From Holothuria leucospilota (taxonomy: Eukaryota), in assembly GCA_029531755.1 (NCBI GenBank), contig CM055969.1:23623285-23687284 (forward strand): a stretch of 64,000 nucleotides of DNA, written 5' to 3'. The notes beneath the pieces were generated by a model that made no database searches, was not told the DNA's origin, and saw only the letters and a program-made list of their open reading frames with translations. Made by a program: the position numbers and the translations under genes. Shown here in pieces: positions 13,355 to 26,197 of the stretch; positions within the stretch are counted from its first letter, which is position 1, and every line of letters starts with the position of its first letter.

Positions 13355-14562
13355 CTGGAAATGTCAAAAGAAATGGACAAGGTAAAATGATCATAAAAAG
13401 ATATACATCACATGACATACTATGTTAAAGCAATGCATTCAAGAATATGGGCTGCAACCTAACTGTGGGTTACCAAGCTTTAGCTGCATGTTAATTGCCA
13501 CATCTGACAAAGTGTCAAACAAAATTATGATAAAATATTTTGAATTACTTTTATTTTGTTAAGAATACTTTCAAAAAACATGAAATTTCAAAGGAATGTG
13601 TAGATGCAATTCACAATTTCATGCCTTTGGGAGATGCCATTTCCAGCAATCTGGGAGGTATTGTAGGTGAACAATTTATGTACTACATGCCAACCAATGG
13701 TGGCATTCTACTTTGATAGTGTTATGTTCATATTAGTCTATAATCTCCCAGATCCTGGCAATTGTGGGAAATCAAATCATGGGTTACCAGTAAAATAGTT
13801 TGGTAAGTACAGTCTTACACTATTTTTCACATAGACAGTTAACTCTGAATAAACCCTTTGTAATTTTCAGAGCTCGAAATAAGTTTAAAAACGGGCACAG
13901 CCAAAATGAGCAAATTGGCTATAGGTCTATGTTATTTTGTAGGACATTGCTGAGGGGCAACCACGGCCATCCCCAATAGCCATGGCTATCAGTGCCGTCG
14001 GTTATTTCAAGCCCTGAATTTTGTTTCGTTTCATTGTTAGTTTTTTCACACCTTGTGATTCAAATATAATACAGTGTTGTAATTTTGACAATTTGTTAAG
14101 CTTTCCTGCAATCCACTAATTAACAAAAGATTTGATTTAGTATTCAATTTCATCTAGTGGTATCTGACAAGAGGTCAGCTCTCAATTTGACTTTAGACTG
14201 AAGTCCCATTTGAAACTGCTGTTTAAAAGACAGGATTAATTTACAAACAAATGCTCCAAATAAGCAACATTTTTTGGTAAGGTTCCATTTCTCCTTCTAT
14301 GGTTTATTACAGCATTAACCCACGATTTTTCTGAAAAATGCACACCTCCCATATTTTGACACTTTGAGAAGTTGCCAAAAATCATAATGAAAGGAACATG
14401 TTTTTGATAAATATTATACAAATAAAATCAAGCACTACATGGTATGAAATCAACAAAATTTTAGCCATTTTAAAGCCCTCATAATGACCCAATCAAACCT
14501 TTTTTCATATTTTTCCAGACTGCACATGTACCCTGACTTGACAACAAATGAGAAAAACTTAC

Positions 14563-14736
14563 CAGAAAAAGGCACATCTCTGAGTAAAGTTGGCCCCAGT
14601 CCTCTCCACAGAGAGAATAACCCCTCCACTTCCACAGCACTCTTTACACATCCAACCAGCTCTGAATATGACAGCGGTTTTGATTGCATTTTGGTTCGAA
14701 TTAGCTCCAGAGGATTAATAATTGACACAGCAAAAA
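14563..14736 (-). CDS. SLC25A39: SLC25A39/40-like exon with carrier signature 2 (VFAVSIINPLELIRTKMQSKPLSYSELVGCVKSAVEVEGLFSLWRGLGPTLLRDVPFS-)
   Basis: Contains the P-x-[DE]-x-x-[KR]-x-[KR]-x-Q carrier motif and RGLGPTLLRDVPFS. Matches human [52 protein letters not shown]. Boundaries checked against ORF track 14450..14728; donor GTAAGT. Confidence 0.9.
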
Positions 14737-15090
14737 CTGTGAAGAGTTAAAAACAAAAACCAAACTTGGAAAAAATTGCATCCAAGCCATACATCCTTTC
14801 TGCAATATAATGCCAAGATTCAATGCACCTAATCCTTACATTTTGTTTTGTAAGGTATCACATATGTGTCTCGAGACATGCACATTATGCCTGATGTCAT
14901 GTCTCCAGATTAAATTAGGGGTAGAGACATGAGGAAAGGCTAGGGTTAGAAGTCTCTAGACTAAATATTATCATGCATGATAAAAAGTAACGGATTGGGT
15001 GTTCAATGTTTGTTACATTTGAATATTCATCAAATCATATGTGAATACTGATCGAATGGCATCTGAATATTCATGACATACTGATCTTAC

Positions 15091-15218
15091 CTCTAGATAT
15101 ACTACCAGCAAAGATTGGTGCATAAAGCCTTTTATCACTAGGAAGTATACTTTGGAAGTATATCCTGAGCTGATCATATGTTGTATAGTAAAGGACGGTA
15201 GCAGGAACTGCCATAACT
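15091..15218 (-). CDS. SLC25A39: SLC25A39/40-like internal exon (VMAVPATVLYYTTYDQLRIYFQSILPSDKRLYAPIFAGSISR-)
   Basis: Matches human LVMTVPATAIYFTAYDQLKAFLCGRALTSDLYAPMVAGALAR. Boundaries checked against ORF track 15013..15267 (acceptor ..tacag|a, donor GTAAGA). Confidence 0.85.
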
Positions 15219-16164
15219 CTGTAAAATATAATAAATCTTTCTCAAACTTTTTGTTTTCACTGTTCACTACTTACAACATTACTGTAGAAAGCTTCTTGCA
15301 TGTTTTCTTCAAACAATAATTGCTTCTCTTCTGTGACTTTTCTAGAATGATATCTTGTTAGTGACTTTTACATTACATGTTCAGGCCCATTAGCAGAGCT
15401 GCCAACCTGCCAGAATGAAAAAGAGGAACACCACCCACATGCGTGCTAGTGCGAAACTCCAAGGGCTGGGGTCCAGGGCCTGCCTTAGGGTCCCTGGTGG
15501 GGTCCAGTGGGCGAATTGCTGGATTGTATGTTTGGAAGACTTTTTGAGTCCTCAGTAGCAAACATTTACAAACTGATTGGTTAATTCCATGCCAAAATTC
15601 CAATTCCAATGCCAACCAACTCGTCAGATTTCAAAACTTGCCTTAACATTGAGGACCTCAAGTGATTTTACACTTTAATAAGCAAGCATTTACATAATTA
15701 CCACCATTTCCTTCAACAGTCCTGAAAAAAATCCACTATTTGAAGAAACAAATGACATCATTGTACATGTATAATCATCATTCCAGTTTTACTGAAAATC
15801 GGAACATGACATAGGAAAAGTGGAACACAGCAAATTTTGGTGTGAAAAAGCGGAACTGTTCCTCCTAAATCAGAACAGTTGGCAGCTCTGCATTAGCTGG
15901 CCTGTCAGTTCCTTCCAAATATATGCAGTTTTAACTCTGTGTCACGTTGACCAGATTGTGCCACAGTTTTCTCTTGCTTCACACTTCAGTATTCAGGGCT
16001 TGCACTTGGCAAACCTCAGACCTTACACACTTGGCTGAACTTACTGATTACATATTAAATTAAATAAATTGTGAACTCAATATACAGAGTGCAATGTACA
16101 CACACTCTATTGATTTCTTATAATTTACTTTTCACACCTGCTGTCCAGTCAGTTGTGGTCCAAG

Positions 16165-16455
16165 AGTCCTAAATAATTCAGGCCTAGAAGGGCAGCTGTT
16201 TAACGATGCTAAGCAACCACAAATGTGGGAGAAGCCTATGGATTATAAATTACAACTTCACATCAGGTGGCTAACCAACTCAATAATTAATATCATGTTT
16301 TCTTTTGAAAAGCCACTTCAGATGAGAAAACCTTAGATTGATCTTGGATGAAAAACCCATCTTACTTTGACCCAGCCGGGGATCAAACCCTGAACCTCCT
16401 TGTTGCCAAGCTTCATTGCTTCAAATGCCATCACCTTTATATCCACTTGGCCACA
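16165..16455 (-). mobile_element. tRNA-derived SINE (family A), copy 2
   Basis: Reverse complement of the family A consensus. It overlaps the artefactual ORFs 16348..16539 and 16437..16643. Confidence 0.8.
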
Positions 16456-19454
16456 GCACAGCACCATGGCAAAGTGGACAAATTATTTCCCTTACTAGCT
16501 ACAAAATCAACAGGAAGCCTAATGGGCTTGAACACATAATGCTGTGAAAAACTCAAGTGGAAAATGTAAGTCATTCCAATAGGACCAATACTGGAATTGT
16601 CCAAAAGGTCAAAAAGTGAGGGCAAAGTCTGCATAATTCTCAAGAGACACTTTCTGATACATTTCCCACAATTTGGCCCTTAACTGAATTTAAAACCCAA
16701 TTTTTTGTGAATGTTACAACTTTTCCATGGCATCCTGAATACCTGCAAAAACTTGTATGAGTTTCCCAGTTTTCCAGCAACAGGGTTAACCATGCATATA
16801 ACAGGATTCATATTACAAAACTTTTGTAAGATACATATTTACACCGATTTCCCACTAGGGATGATAACTTCGTTTTTGAGAAGCCACTGTACTTACCAAG
16901 ATGATACTACAATTATTCAATAGCTACACTGAATGTTAAGTTTTGATTGAAATAGCAGACTGATGGAATTTAAAAGCATTTCAACATGTGTACCAATACT
17001 GCTGCATATTTGCAAAACTACAGTATTCAGCCAAGTAACCTCAGATTGTGCAGCACTTTTTGTGAAAAGACCCCATTCACCTCTTCCTGCCAAACATTAT
17101 CCATTTTTCCGTTACTTTGTTTTTTGCATTGTAATCGCCATGTATTATTTTGCAGTTGAATGGGAAGGCCTAGACTAGTGGAATACTGTATCATGTTTTC
17201 CTTACCCAAAAGCCCAAGGACCCTGAACTTTTTTCAAAAGTCCCAAGACAATTTCAAGGGTCTTTCCATTTTTTTCTGGAGTGAAGTCTCAAACATAATT
17301 CAGCACAGTTACATGTTTAGGAAGTTTTTCACCAATTAGCTCATTCTGGATATTTTTGACCATCCACCTTGCCTGTTGTAAGACAGTGTCAACACTGCAC
17401 ACTGTAAGATGAGAGCTTCAGCCTGTCTGTGCAATCCAGTCCTGACTTTCAGGACATAAATTTCTCCTCCTTTGGGACTAAAAAGTTTGTGTAAATACTC
17501 ATACTGTAGATCAAAAAGGCTCACTCCTGTAAATGTTAATGGTTGCTGCTTCTTCCAAGCCATTTTAAATTGATATTTTGATCAAGATTTTGAATACCCA
17601 TTTCAATAATCTGCACAGTTTACATTGCAAATACTTCCATCTATGGAAAGAACTAACCTCATAATGCAGAATACCTTTGTCACAGACTAAAAATATCAAC
17701 CATAAAAGATCTATCATAGTAAATGATAATGTTCAAAATATTTGATACTTTCATAGGGCAACAGTACTTATTTGATGTATCACTGAACCCTTAGCCTTTA
17801 ATCTGCAACCCTTTCAGTCTTTATCTGCATATTTCATAACCTATATGAAACCTTTTTGTTAATTTAGTATGCTGAGAGTCCACAGGGTTCACCATATTTG
17901 AAGGTTTACGACTAGCCTTTGGAGTATTTGACAATTTTAATCCACTTGCCCAAAGGACATCTGCACCAGCCAAAAAAGATATTGGCCACAATTTAACTAA
18001 ACATCTATAGGTTTTTTGTAACAGCCAATGGGGCTTTTCATTGCACACAAACACTTGCTACATTGCAGTCTGAAGAATCCTTAAGCTAGTAGGCTATTTT
18101 TTCAAGTCCTGCAGAGAGATGCTATGGTGAAAGAGAGCTGCTCACCACACTCATACCGTAGGCCCTACTTGATAAGTGATGGGCAGGCACACACAACAAA
18201 ATTCCATCATAGGACTCTACAGTAGGTTTAATGCACAATATGGTTACACCTTTACAAGCTTGCACTGGAGTGGGTCCAACATATAGAGCCGTATACCAGC
18301 TAAAATAAAAAATACTAAAATGCTGATTCCTTTTTCTTAATGACATTTTTAATATTTCTTTTTTTTATTTTCTTGTTGTACGTGCAAGAATTAACAGAAT
18401 TTTTTAGTATTTTCTAGGATAAAAAAAAATCTTGTAAAAGCCAAGTTTAGGCAGCACTTGTTTCTATTTGGCTATATCTGTGCTCCAATTCCCCAGTAAA
18501 TGTTCAGAAAAAAAAAACTACCAAAAAAAAAAGGGTGGGGGGGGGGGGGTCTGCAAGACTTGCTACAAATCAGTCCAAGAGAACTGCCTGATTTTTATGT
18601 TCGACATACATAAACTTGTGCAAGCGTTGTCACACACCAAATCAAATGTCATGAAGTTATAGGTACAAAGAAGTTGTTTGAATTTGAACTCACAGTGTGG
18701 GTGGGAGGCCACTCCATAGCCTTGCAATGCCTTCGTTGCGAGTAATTTTAGCAAATGCATCCTGTGACGGAACAAAAATTAAATGTTTTGCTTACTTTTC
18801 AGATGGAGCAGCTATCTGAAACACTGACAGCAATAAGAACAAAAACACTTTTGCTTTTCCACAGGTAGAAACTATGGAATCACTCACTTAAAGCCTTTAC
18901 AGAGCCATGTTAGTGTTGTAAGACTAGTTTCATCAGGGAATCTGTTTAACAGTACACATTCATGTTTCAGTCATATTTACAGAACAGTACATGAAGCCAA
19001 GCAACTATCATAGCATGTACATTCCCTTATCACTGTAACTGCAGAGTATATTTCACTCTTCTGAGAGAAGTAGCCCCAAGTCCATTAAATTAAACAGAAA
19101 TTTCCCATTCCACAAGGAGATGCAACATGATCACTGGTCAAAGTGCTCAGTGAAGCCAAGAAATGTGAATGGCCTCAGAAGTAAACTCTTTGCTCTCAGA
19201 GTAGGTTACAATATAAATTACAGGCTGTGAAGCTGTAACATTGCATAACACATGGGAAGGCACTTGCTCTTATCACTAATGGTAATCAAGAAGGAATCAT
19301 ATACACTTGACCAGCCAGAGTATAAAATTAGTGCCTTGAGTAATTACTGAAGCTTGTCAACTTGTAAAATAAGCACAATGAATGTCATAACTAGGAGTGC
19401 TATATTGTTTTATATGGTTGTAAGTAGGAGTGCTAACAAAGAGTTTTGCATGAG

Positions 19455-19740
19455 ACTGAATACATCATTTCCCATAAGCACCAATTATCAACTGTGAAAA
19501 TCTGTGAGTATAAATATGTGGGTACGAATGAATTGTTTTACCATAGTCAGAGTACATCATTTCCATAAACACCAATGGGAAACTGAAAATATGTGAGTAC
19601 AAGTATGCGAGTACAAACAAATAGTTTAACTTGAGTATGAGAACATCATTTTGCATTTAGCACCAATGGATAACTTTCAAAATCTGTGAATACAAGTATG
19701 TGAGTACAAATCCCTTCTCATAAGCATGAATACATGAAGT
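19455..19740. repeat. Tandem repeat, ~85-bp unit in about 3.3 copies
   Basis: Unit ..ATCATTTCCATAAACACCAATGG.AACT..AAAAT.TGTGAGTACAAGTATG.GAGTACAAA... repeated. Confidence 0.75.
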
Positions 19741-21751
19741 GTGCCACACTGTGAGTATGGGTTAGTTAATACACTGTATTCCCTACACGCCAGGTAAAGG
19801 ACTCACCAGTGTTCCATTAAAATATCCAGGTGCCTTGTACCATGGTTTTCCGTTACCATTCCCATTCAGACAAGTACACACATGATCCATCAACCCATTG
19901 CAGTAGATGAAACAATCTCCTGTAAAAAAATGAAAATGTTTTTAAACATAATCTTTATACTTACTTGTTCGCTATTTCTTATGATTAATCTTTACTTCAC
20001 TGGTCCGCTATGTTCCTTTTGCACCTCCAATTACAGTATGTTTTACATAGATAGATGGCACTTTATAAATGCATAATTATCATTATGATTAACGTAATGT
20101 AATGCCATATTTTATTGACAGTTGTCACCTTACAACATAACACTGTCTAAATACAAGACACTCATCACAAATGATATTTTCTAAACACTTGACAGAATAA
20201 TTAACCTGGAAGACATCTACAATAGTTTGTCATATAAATACTGGATCAAGAGGATATTCAACCTTGTAATTTATAGGAAGATAATAACACTGTTCGCTTT
20301 GTCTTTTGAGGATACTTCCAATCAAAGCAATCTATGACAGATTTATAGGCAACAGTACAGCTACTGTACACAGCTATACAGCATTTTGCACTAGCCCATG
20401 GGCCTTTCATGGTTAACTGTCACTAACCCATGTGTGGTATGAGCTGGCCCTGGGCTAGCAAAGTTATGTGTTTATTGAACCCTGCTACAGCTAATACAAC
20501 TATCAGTTGTATAAGCAAATCAAATCTACTATTCGAGAGGCATTGAGATTTGGAGGTTATTTAATCTTTTCACCGATGTTAATGTACATGATAATGTTAC
20601 AACGAAACTTTTTTCTACAAATCTGCCTGTCAGCAATACTTTTTGGATCATTTTGTACATGTAGTCTGCTATTCCTCCTTCTCTCTCGTAAATTGTTAAT
20701 TGCTGATCAATTGACTATGCGGAAATGTTACAAAGTACTTTGAAACAGTTCTCATTACTAGGAAGATAAATTTAAATTTAGCAAGCTTGAACCACATTTC
20801 AATCCAATCCACATTTTAGCTCCTGGTCTGGTAAATTCTGGTAGAACCAGGTGCCATTTTCTATGACCAGGAGCTTGCTTTTAAAACCACTGAAGGTGCA
20901 AGTTATAGATGATGTTGGTATGATGGTAAACTACCGTCACGACTCCAGGATTTGCCCAGTATGATAAATTCCAACACATGGAAAGAGCTCATGAACTTAC
21001 TGTATATTAGTATTTTATGCACAAATAGGAGATTATACACTCACTGACCTCAGTTTTGGAATTAATGAACCAATGTGACCAATTTTTGGAAGCAAACCAG
21101 TCACACAATCTCAGGGACCATGAGGCAATAATCGCCTGTCACTTGCTAAATGTGCAATTTAGTCACAAGGATGTCATTATGACCTTTGGTCACCTTCCAA
21201 AGAAGGACATAATATCAATTATCAACCATCCAAAATGCACCCTTGCAGAGACACAATCAATACTGCATTCTACTTGCACTGGTACTACTGTAGTACTGTA
21301 CACACGACAGGCCTCAACAAAACCGCTCACTAACTTAGCACTAGCAAGTATTAACATTCTGGCAATAGTAACCTTCACTTTCACTAGCACACTAGTAAGT
21401 AAGTGGATTTTTGATGGAGTTGGTCAAGAAATCTTTGTTCATGGCTGATGCAAGGAACACTTACCACGGGCCATTGGTTTTACTTGAGCCTGTAAACGGA
21501 TCTTCACCACATCCAGAGGAGTCACTGAAAGAAACAAGGGCTTTTTCTTTACTAACTTGCAATCAAAGTGCTTCAGCAAATATAAAAAATTATGCAATGA
21601 AATTCATTCATATGTCTCCTAAGTGGGCAAAGTGAAGGTAACTACCCATGAAGAACAGGTCTTCAAAAGTTTAGCAAAAAACCCCAAATTTTCTCAAGGC
21701 CGTTGTGATGTACTGTATGTGTTAGAGAAATTTTTTAAACCTTTCAAGCCG

Positions 21752-21990
21752 ACTGCAGTGGCCAAGTGGTTAGAGCATCCAACTTGCAGCCGGAAGGTCT
21801 AGAGTTCAAATCCTGGCCGGGTCATTCCAAAGACTTTAAAAATGGAACCTACTGCCTTTGTGCTTGGTGCTCGGCATAAGCAATGGAGTAGGGAAAACAA
21901 GCCAGTGAGCCACAACTGGAAAAAAGGCTGTGGTCGTCTTGACTTCAACCAATTGGTTGGAAACCTGGGACGTTAAACCTCATCTAACTA
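21752..21990 (+). mobile_element. tRNA-derived SINE (family B)
   Basis: tRNA-like head GCAGTGGCCAAGTGGTTAGAGCATCCAACTTGCAGCCGGAAGGTCTAGAGTTCAAATCCTGGCCGGGTCA, then a unique body. It is distinct from family A. Confidence 0.6.
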
Positions 21991-23269
21991 ACTAACAAAT
22001 TTAAACCTTTCAAACCATGATTTATGTAAAGTACCATACAGAAAAAGAAATTCACTACTTTGAAGTCCATGAAAAAACTGTTTACCAAAACTTTCCAAAT
22101 TTCAGCAATACAACATGTATACACATAACTACTGCAACATGAATTATTTTAGGACAAAGAGCTTTGTAAGAGTTTGCATGTGAAGATAAAAACTTTTCAC
22201 TAGGGCAGGGTTTGCAATTGCAGCAGGATTGCAGGAATCACGCATGAATGTTGTCAAAATATGTAGGGTGGGAGTTCAAGCACAGATTTCAGGATGGACC
22301 CATTCTGCGAAATTTCTGTACTTTCTGCTGCATAGTATGCAAAGTAATTAGATCTCTCAACCTGCACATACTGAATTAATGAAGTAATGCATTGACTAAC
22401 TACCTTCTTGAACTTGATATACAGAAAGCCTGTCAAATGTGTTGTGTGTGTAACTGGTTCACATATTGCTGATAATGTAAGTACAGTGTTACCTGTTATG
22501 AGTGAGGGCTCAATACCACACATTTACTACGTTGTCACTCCACAAGACCATGCAGACAGCTCTCATTCAAACATGACAATAGGAAAGGTTTGACATATAT
22601 CCATAAATGAACACCTTAGGATTGCCTATGAGATAGTGTGATAATGTGTGAATAAAAAAGGATCGCATGAGAAAAGTACTTAAGAAAAGCTTCCAAATAT
22701 ATTACAAGGGGCTTAGTTAGAGTGATTACCACATGCCTCATAATTATTTTACAAATTCTACAGTATGCCAACTAGATAATTTTGGATGCCTTTTAATTTC
22801 ACGTTGTACCCTCAGGCTGTATCACTCCCAGTGTGGTGTGTACTACCAGTAGAATTGAAATTTGTAAGGACTTACTGTAATATAAGAGTGATCGTACAGT
22901 AGGTTCAAATTTTGGGACAATGTTGGCAGTTTAGAAGCATGCAAAATCACTCATTATCATCAATACTCAAAAGCAGTGAGACTACTTGATAAAACTTAAT
23001 GAATTTGTTTGACTTTTCATAGCTGCATCAATTTTATTTGGTAATGTTTAGGCAATCATCTTGCATAGGGGACCCCATCAAAGTAGACCTTTTGAAACTG
23101 AAGCTACAGTAGTATAGCCTCTGCTGCAGATCTGTACAGCTATTGGAGCAATAGTTTAATATAGTAGACAAGGCCTTTATAAACAACAGTGCCATTCACA
23201 ATGAAGTTTTATGGTTAAGGTTACAACTGAAATTTGAGGATTACAGTGGCCACAACTTGGCCTATTGTT

Positions 23270-23762
23270 AGGCACTATGAAAGGACCAGATTGGAAAGTA
23301 TGGCACTTTTCGCCGAGATCTCGGGTGTACACAAAAAAATTGAAGTGTGCAGTGTGCAACAAGGTGTCAAATGCACACCTGAAGTGTGAACACGAAAAGT
23401 CAAGTGTGAAATAAATACTTGGGAGAAATTTAAACAAAATCCTTGAAGGCCTCCTTAACATCCAGAGTGGAAAGTATGAGATCGATACCGGATCATAAGT
23501 TCCAAATACGCCTCACTCAAGGGGTCTTGGCTGAGTAATGGCCCACACTGCATACATCATTCAATCAAGTCATCAGCACGTCATGATCATGACTTGTGAT
23601 CATCCAATAGGCCAAGTCAATATAACATATACCTAGGGTTATATGAGGCAATCGCCGTCGGCTTAAAAAATCAGGTGTGCAATGTGAATTTTCAAGTGTG
23701 CAATAAAAATCTAGAAAAAAATCTGGGGTGTGCAATGGCCATACTTTCCATACTGGGGAAAG
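23270..23762. mobile_element. MITE-like element (~490 bp) with TIRs CCAGATTGGAAAGTATGGC / GCCATACTTTCCATACTGG and internal GTGTGCAA-rich repeats
   Basis: Inverted termini at 23270-23290 and 23742-23762. The interior holds about 10 copies of AAGTGTGCAA(T/C)-like motifs. Confidence 0.55.
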
Positions 23763-24080
23763 GGTAATGTTGTCCGTAAGTTTGTCCCCTAGAAAGAACT
23801 GTACTACCAGAACGATACCTCACAATGATTCTAATTTTTCAATGTTTCACACAGATGGAACCCCCCCAAAATGTAAGGTCAAGGGGGATTTGTCCCTAAT
23901 ATTTTGCAGCTGGCACAAACCCTGCACTAGCCTACACTAGGAATACACCAGATCCAAATTCTAAGATCCAGCTCAAACCATATTTTGCCTTTAAGAAACT
24001 TAACTCCGGCCTGATAAAGTCCAGGTGGACTGGATTTTTTCATTTATGAAGGGACTACACAGAGAAACAGAACGAAACTG

Positions 24081-24378
24081 GTGCTGTGGACCAGTGGGTA
24101 AAGGTGGTAGCATTTGAAGCGATTATTCATATAGCAACCAGGAGGTTTAAAGTTTGATTATTGGCCATGTCAGAGTAAGGTGGGTTTTTCATCCAAGAGC
24201 AATCTACAGTTTTCCCATCTGAACTGGCCTATCAAAAGAAACCAAATCTAATCTAAATGGTTGAATTGGTTAGCCACCTGACAAGAAGTTGTAATTTATA
24301 AGCCGTAGGCTTCTCCCACATTTGTGGTTACTTAGCATAGTAAAACAACTTCCCTTCAAGACCTGAATTGTAAATCAG
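24081..24378 (+). mobile_element. tRNA-derived SINE (family A), copy 3, in intron 1 of the SLC25A39/40-like gene
   Basis: Full-length homology to copy 1. Confidence 0.8.
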
Positions 24379-24462
24379 TAATTTTTCATGGAGCAGGATC
24401 CCCAAAATTATTGTCAATTGAAGTAAAAAACAGTACTGCTCGTCTTAAGTAAATGAACTCAC

Positions 24463-24589
24463 TGAATATCGAAGTGAGAATAGCACCAGTCCCTGATGCA
24501 ATAACTTGCTGCCATATCTTGATTTTCGGTTGAGATGATGTTTTCAAGTCAGGGGTGCCGTCACTTCCTTGCATTTTTGTATCTTTCAT
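24463..24589 (-). CDS. SLC25A39: Mitochondrial carrier SLC25A39/40-like, first coding exon (MKDTKMQGSDGTPDLKTSSQPKIKIWQQVIASGTGAILTSIF-). The start codon is ambiguous between the ATG at 24589 and the ATG at 24574.
   Basis: WQQVIASGTGAILTSIF aligns with human SLC25A39 LQQMVASGTGAVVTSLF (start of carrier repeat 1). Donor GTGAGT immediately after. The ORF track 24386..24607 opens with a TTG-initiated residue, so the true ATG is 24589 or 24574. Confidence 0.7.
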
Positions 24590-25195
24590 TACGTCTCTGT
24601 TGACCAACTGGCTTCTATGTTCATCTTCTTATATTTGACTCTTTAGGGAAAAACAAAACACACAACAAAAATAAAAAGCAAAAAACAAATTAAAAAGACA
24701 AAAAATCACCTGTAAAGCTTAAGTTGAGATTAGGGTGTGAAAAAGGACTCTGTAATTTGTGATAGATTGCCTCCATGTGAATCACCTTGTATAAAGTATA
24801 TTATGAAGGCTTTTATACAGTAGGAGGCAAGCAGAGATGCCAAGTTGGAGCTCCTGAAATTTCTTGAGCATACCAGCCAAGCCTCATACAATTTGTGGGA
24901 TTTGTACATGTTTGGAATCAGGACTGTTAAACTGCATCTCAAGCAGTCCCTTACCCCCCCCCCCACCCCCCTCCATCCCATCCCCTACCTTCAAGCCCTG
25001 TCAAAGCTAGAAAATGTTGTGGAGTTTTGTTATCCTGTTGGAAAAGGACATGATAGTTCTCACTGATTTTATTGTGGCCAAGCTTTACATTTTGCAGATT
25101 TTTCCTCATGGTACCCCACACATGCCTGGTTTGCTTCAGAGATAATAGTTTTAGTTTATATATACATATATGAAGTTTCGTAACAGCCTTGTTAT

Positions 25196-25852
25196 TCGTC
25201 AGTTTCTGTATTTATATATATTATACACATATATATATTTCTATAATTTGGGATTTAGGCAAAAAACCATAGCGACTGTTGGGAGAACACGACCCTTAGG
25301 CGAAAAAACCATTTCGCCTTAACGTTTTACACACTGTTTTATATTGGAATGCGTATATCAGGGATGCTAGCAAAATCTGAGTGCCTGGTAATTGTCTCAT
25401 CTGGGGAGAGTAAATTTCGGGCTAGTTTTAGGTTTCGGTAGGCAGATTTGTGGTGGGCGGGTGGACGTGTGTTTGCCTGGAGCGCCGGGCGGGAATATCG
25501 AGTGCTGGGTGTCACCGCCCAGCACCGCCTACCGTAGCTACATCCCTGGAGTATATATATATATAATGCTAGATCGACCTGTTAGGCGAAATCAGTATAC
25601 TGCCAATACAACCGTAAGTCCTTAGTGTTAACGGATACATGCATGTAAGTTGGCGTGCAGTTAAGTAATTGCATAAAAATTATGTGGTAAATCGGACTTG
25701 CGTACAGAGTTACGCATTCCTATATAAAACAGTGTGTAAAACGTTAAGGCAAAACAGTTTCTTCGCCTAAGGGTCGAGTTCTCCCAACAGTCACGTTTTT
25801 TCATACGGTTTTTCGCCTAAATCCCAAATTATAGAAATATATATACACATAC
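25196..25852. mobile_element. Foldback-type element with ~150-bp terminal inverted repeats
   Basis: 25200-25360 is the reverse complement of 25690-25850 (..GGGATTTAGGCAAAAAACCATAGCGACTGTTGGGAGAACACGACCCTTAGGCGAAAAAACCATTTCGCCTTAACGTTTTACACACTGTTTTATA.. versus ..TATAAAACAGTGTGTAAAACGTTAAGGCAAAACAGTTTCTTCGCCTAAGGGTCGAGTTCTCCCAACAGTCACG...). The 320-bp core holds only artefactual ORF 25392..25625. Confidence 0.75.
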
Positions 25853-25894
25853 AGTAAATGAACACTTTCCTTGATTTGTGCAAAAAAAAATGAT

Positions 25895-26197
25895 ACCAAA
25901 CACACTTCTTCTTCTTCTTCTTCTTTCGGATCACGGTGACACATCCAAAGGACATTACTACACCGCACATGCGTCAGGGGTGCCCTAATTTGCCCTAATA
26001 AAAGTGGTAATATATTGAACAGGATCTCTATGACTATCTAAACCATCAATCAAAGCAGCAGGAAGGTTATTCCAATCTTTCAGAGTACTAGGAAGAAAAC
26101 TAAATTTATAACAATTAGACCGAGAGTAGAGTTGACAAAAATGGAGGTTGTGCATCCCACGAGTTTTCCGAGTTGGATGACTGAGTTTGTCCATGGG
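25895..26197 (-). mobile_element. 3'-terminal fragment of a related LINE with an (AAG)n tail
   Basis: Minus-strand ORF 25985..26194 ends ...NCYKFSFLPSTLKDWNNLPAALIDGL..., homologous to the C-terminus of the LINE at 42804-45080. A (CTT)n run at 25902-25924 corresponds to an (AAG)n 3' tail on the element strand. Confidence 0.65.

Noticed and set aside
16348-16643. ORF-track entries 16348..16539(+) and 16437..16643(-), plus 3560..3754(-)
   Set aside because: They lie entirely within SINE family A copies and are artefacts of the repeat.
17821-18054. Minus ORF with ..ADVLWASGLKLS.., resembling the carrier LWSGLPATL motif
   Set aside because: No carrier signature, wrong spacing, and it cannot be spliced in frame to the 15218 exon. 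Likely chance similarity.
18120-18170. GCCTACGG.. string reminiscent of a 5S rRNA 5' end
   Set aside because: The match does not extend beyond 9 nt and there is no 5S internal control region.
18563-18775. Minus ORF containing FMTFDLVCDN, resembling the FMTPLDVVK of carrier repeat 1
   Set aside because: It lacks the invariant Pro-x-Asp-x-x-Lys spacing. Not accepted as the missing exon.
21056-21448. 130-aa ORF 21056..21448(+), the longest unexplained ORF outside repeats
   Set aside because: Low-complexity composition, no recognisable domain and no splice context. Treated as a chance ORF.
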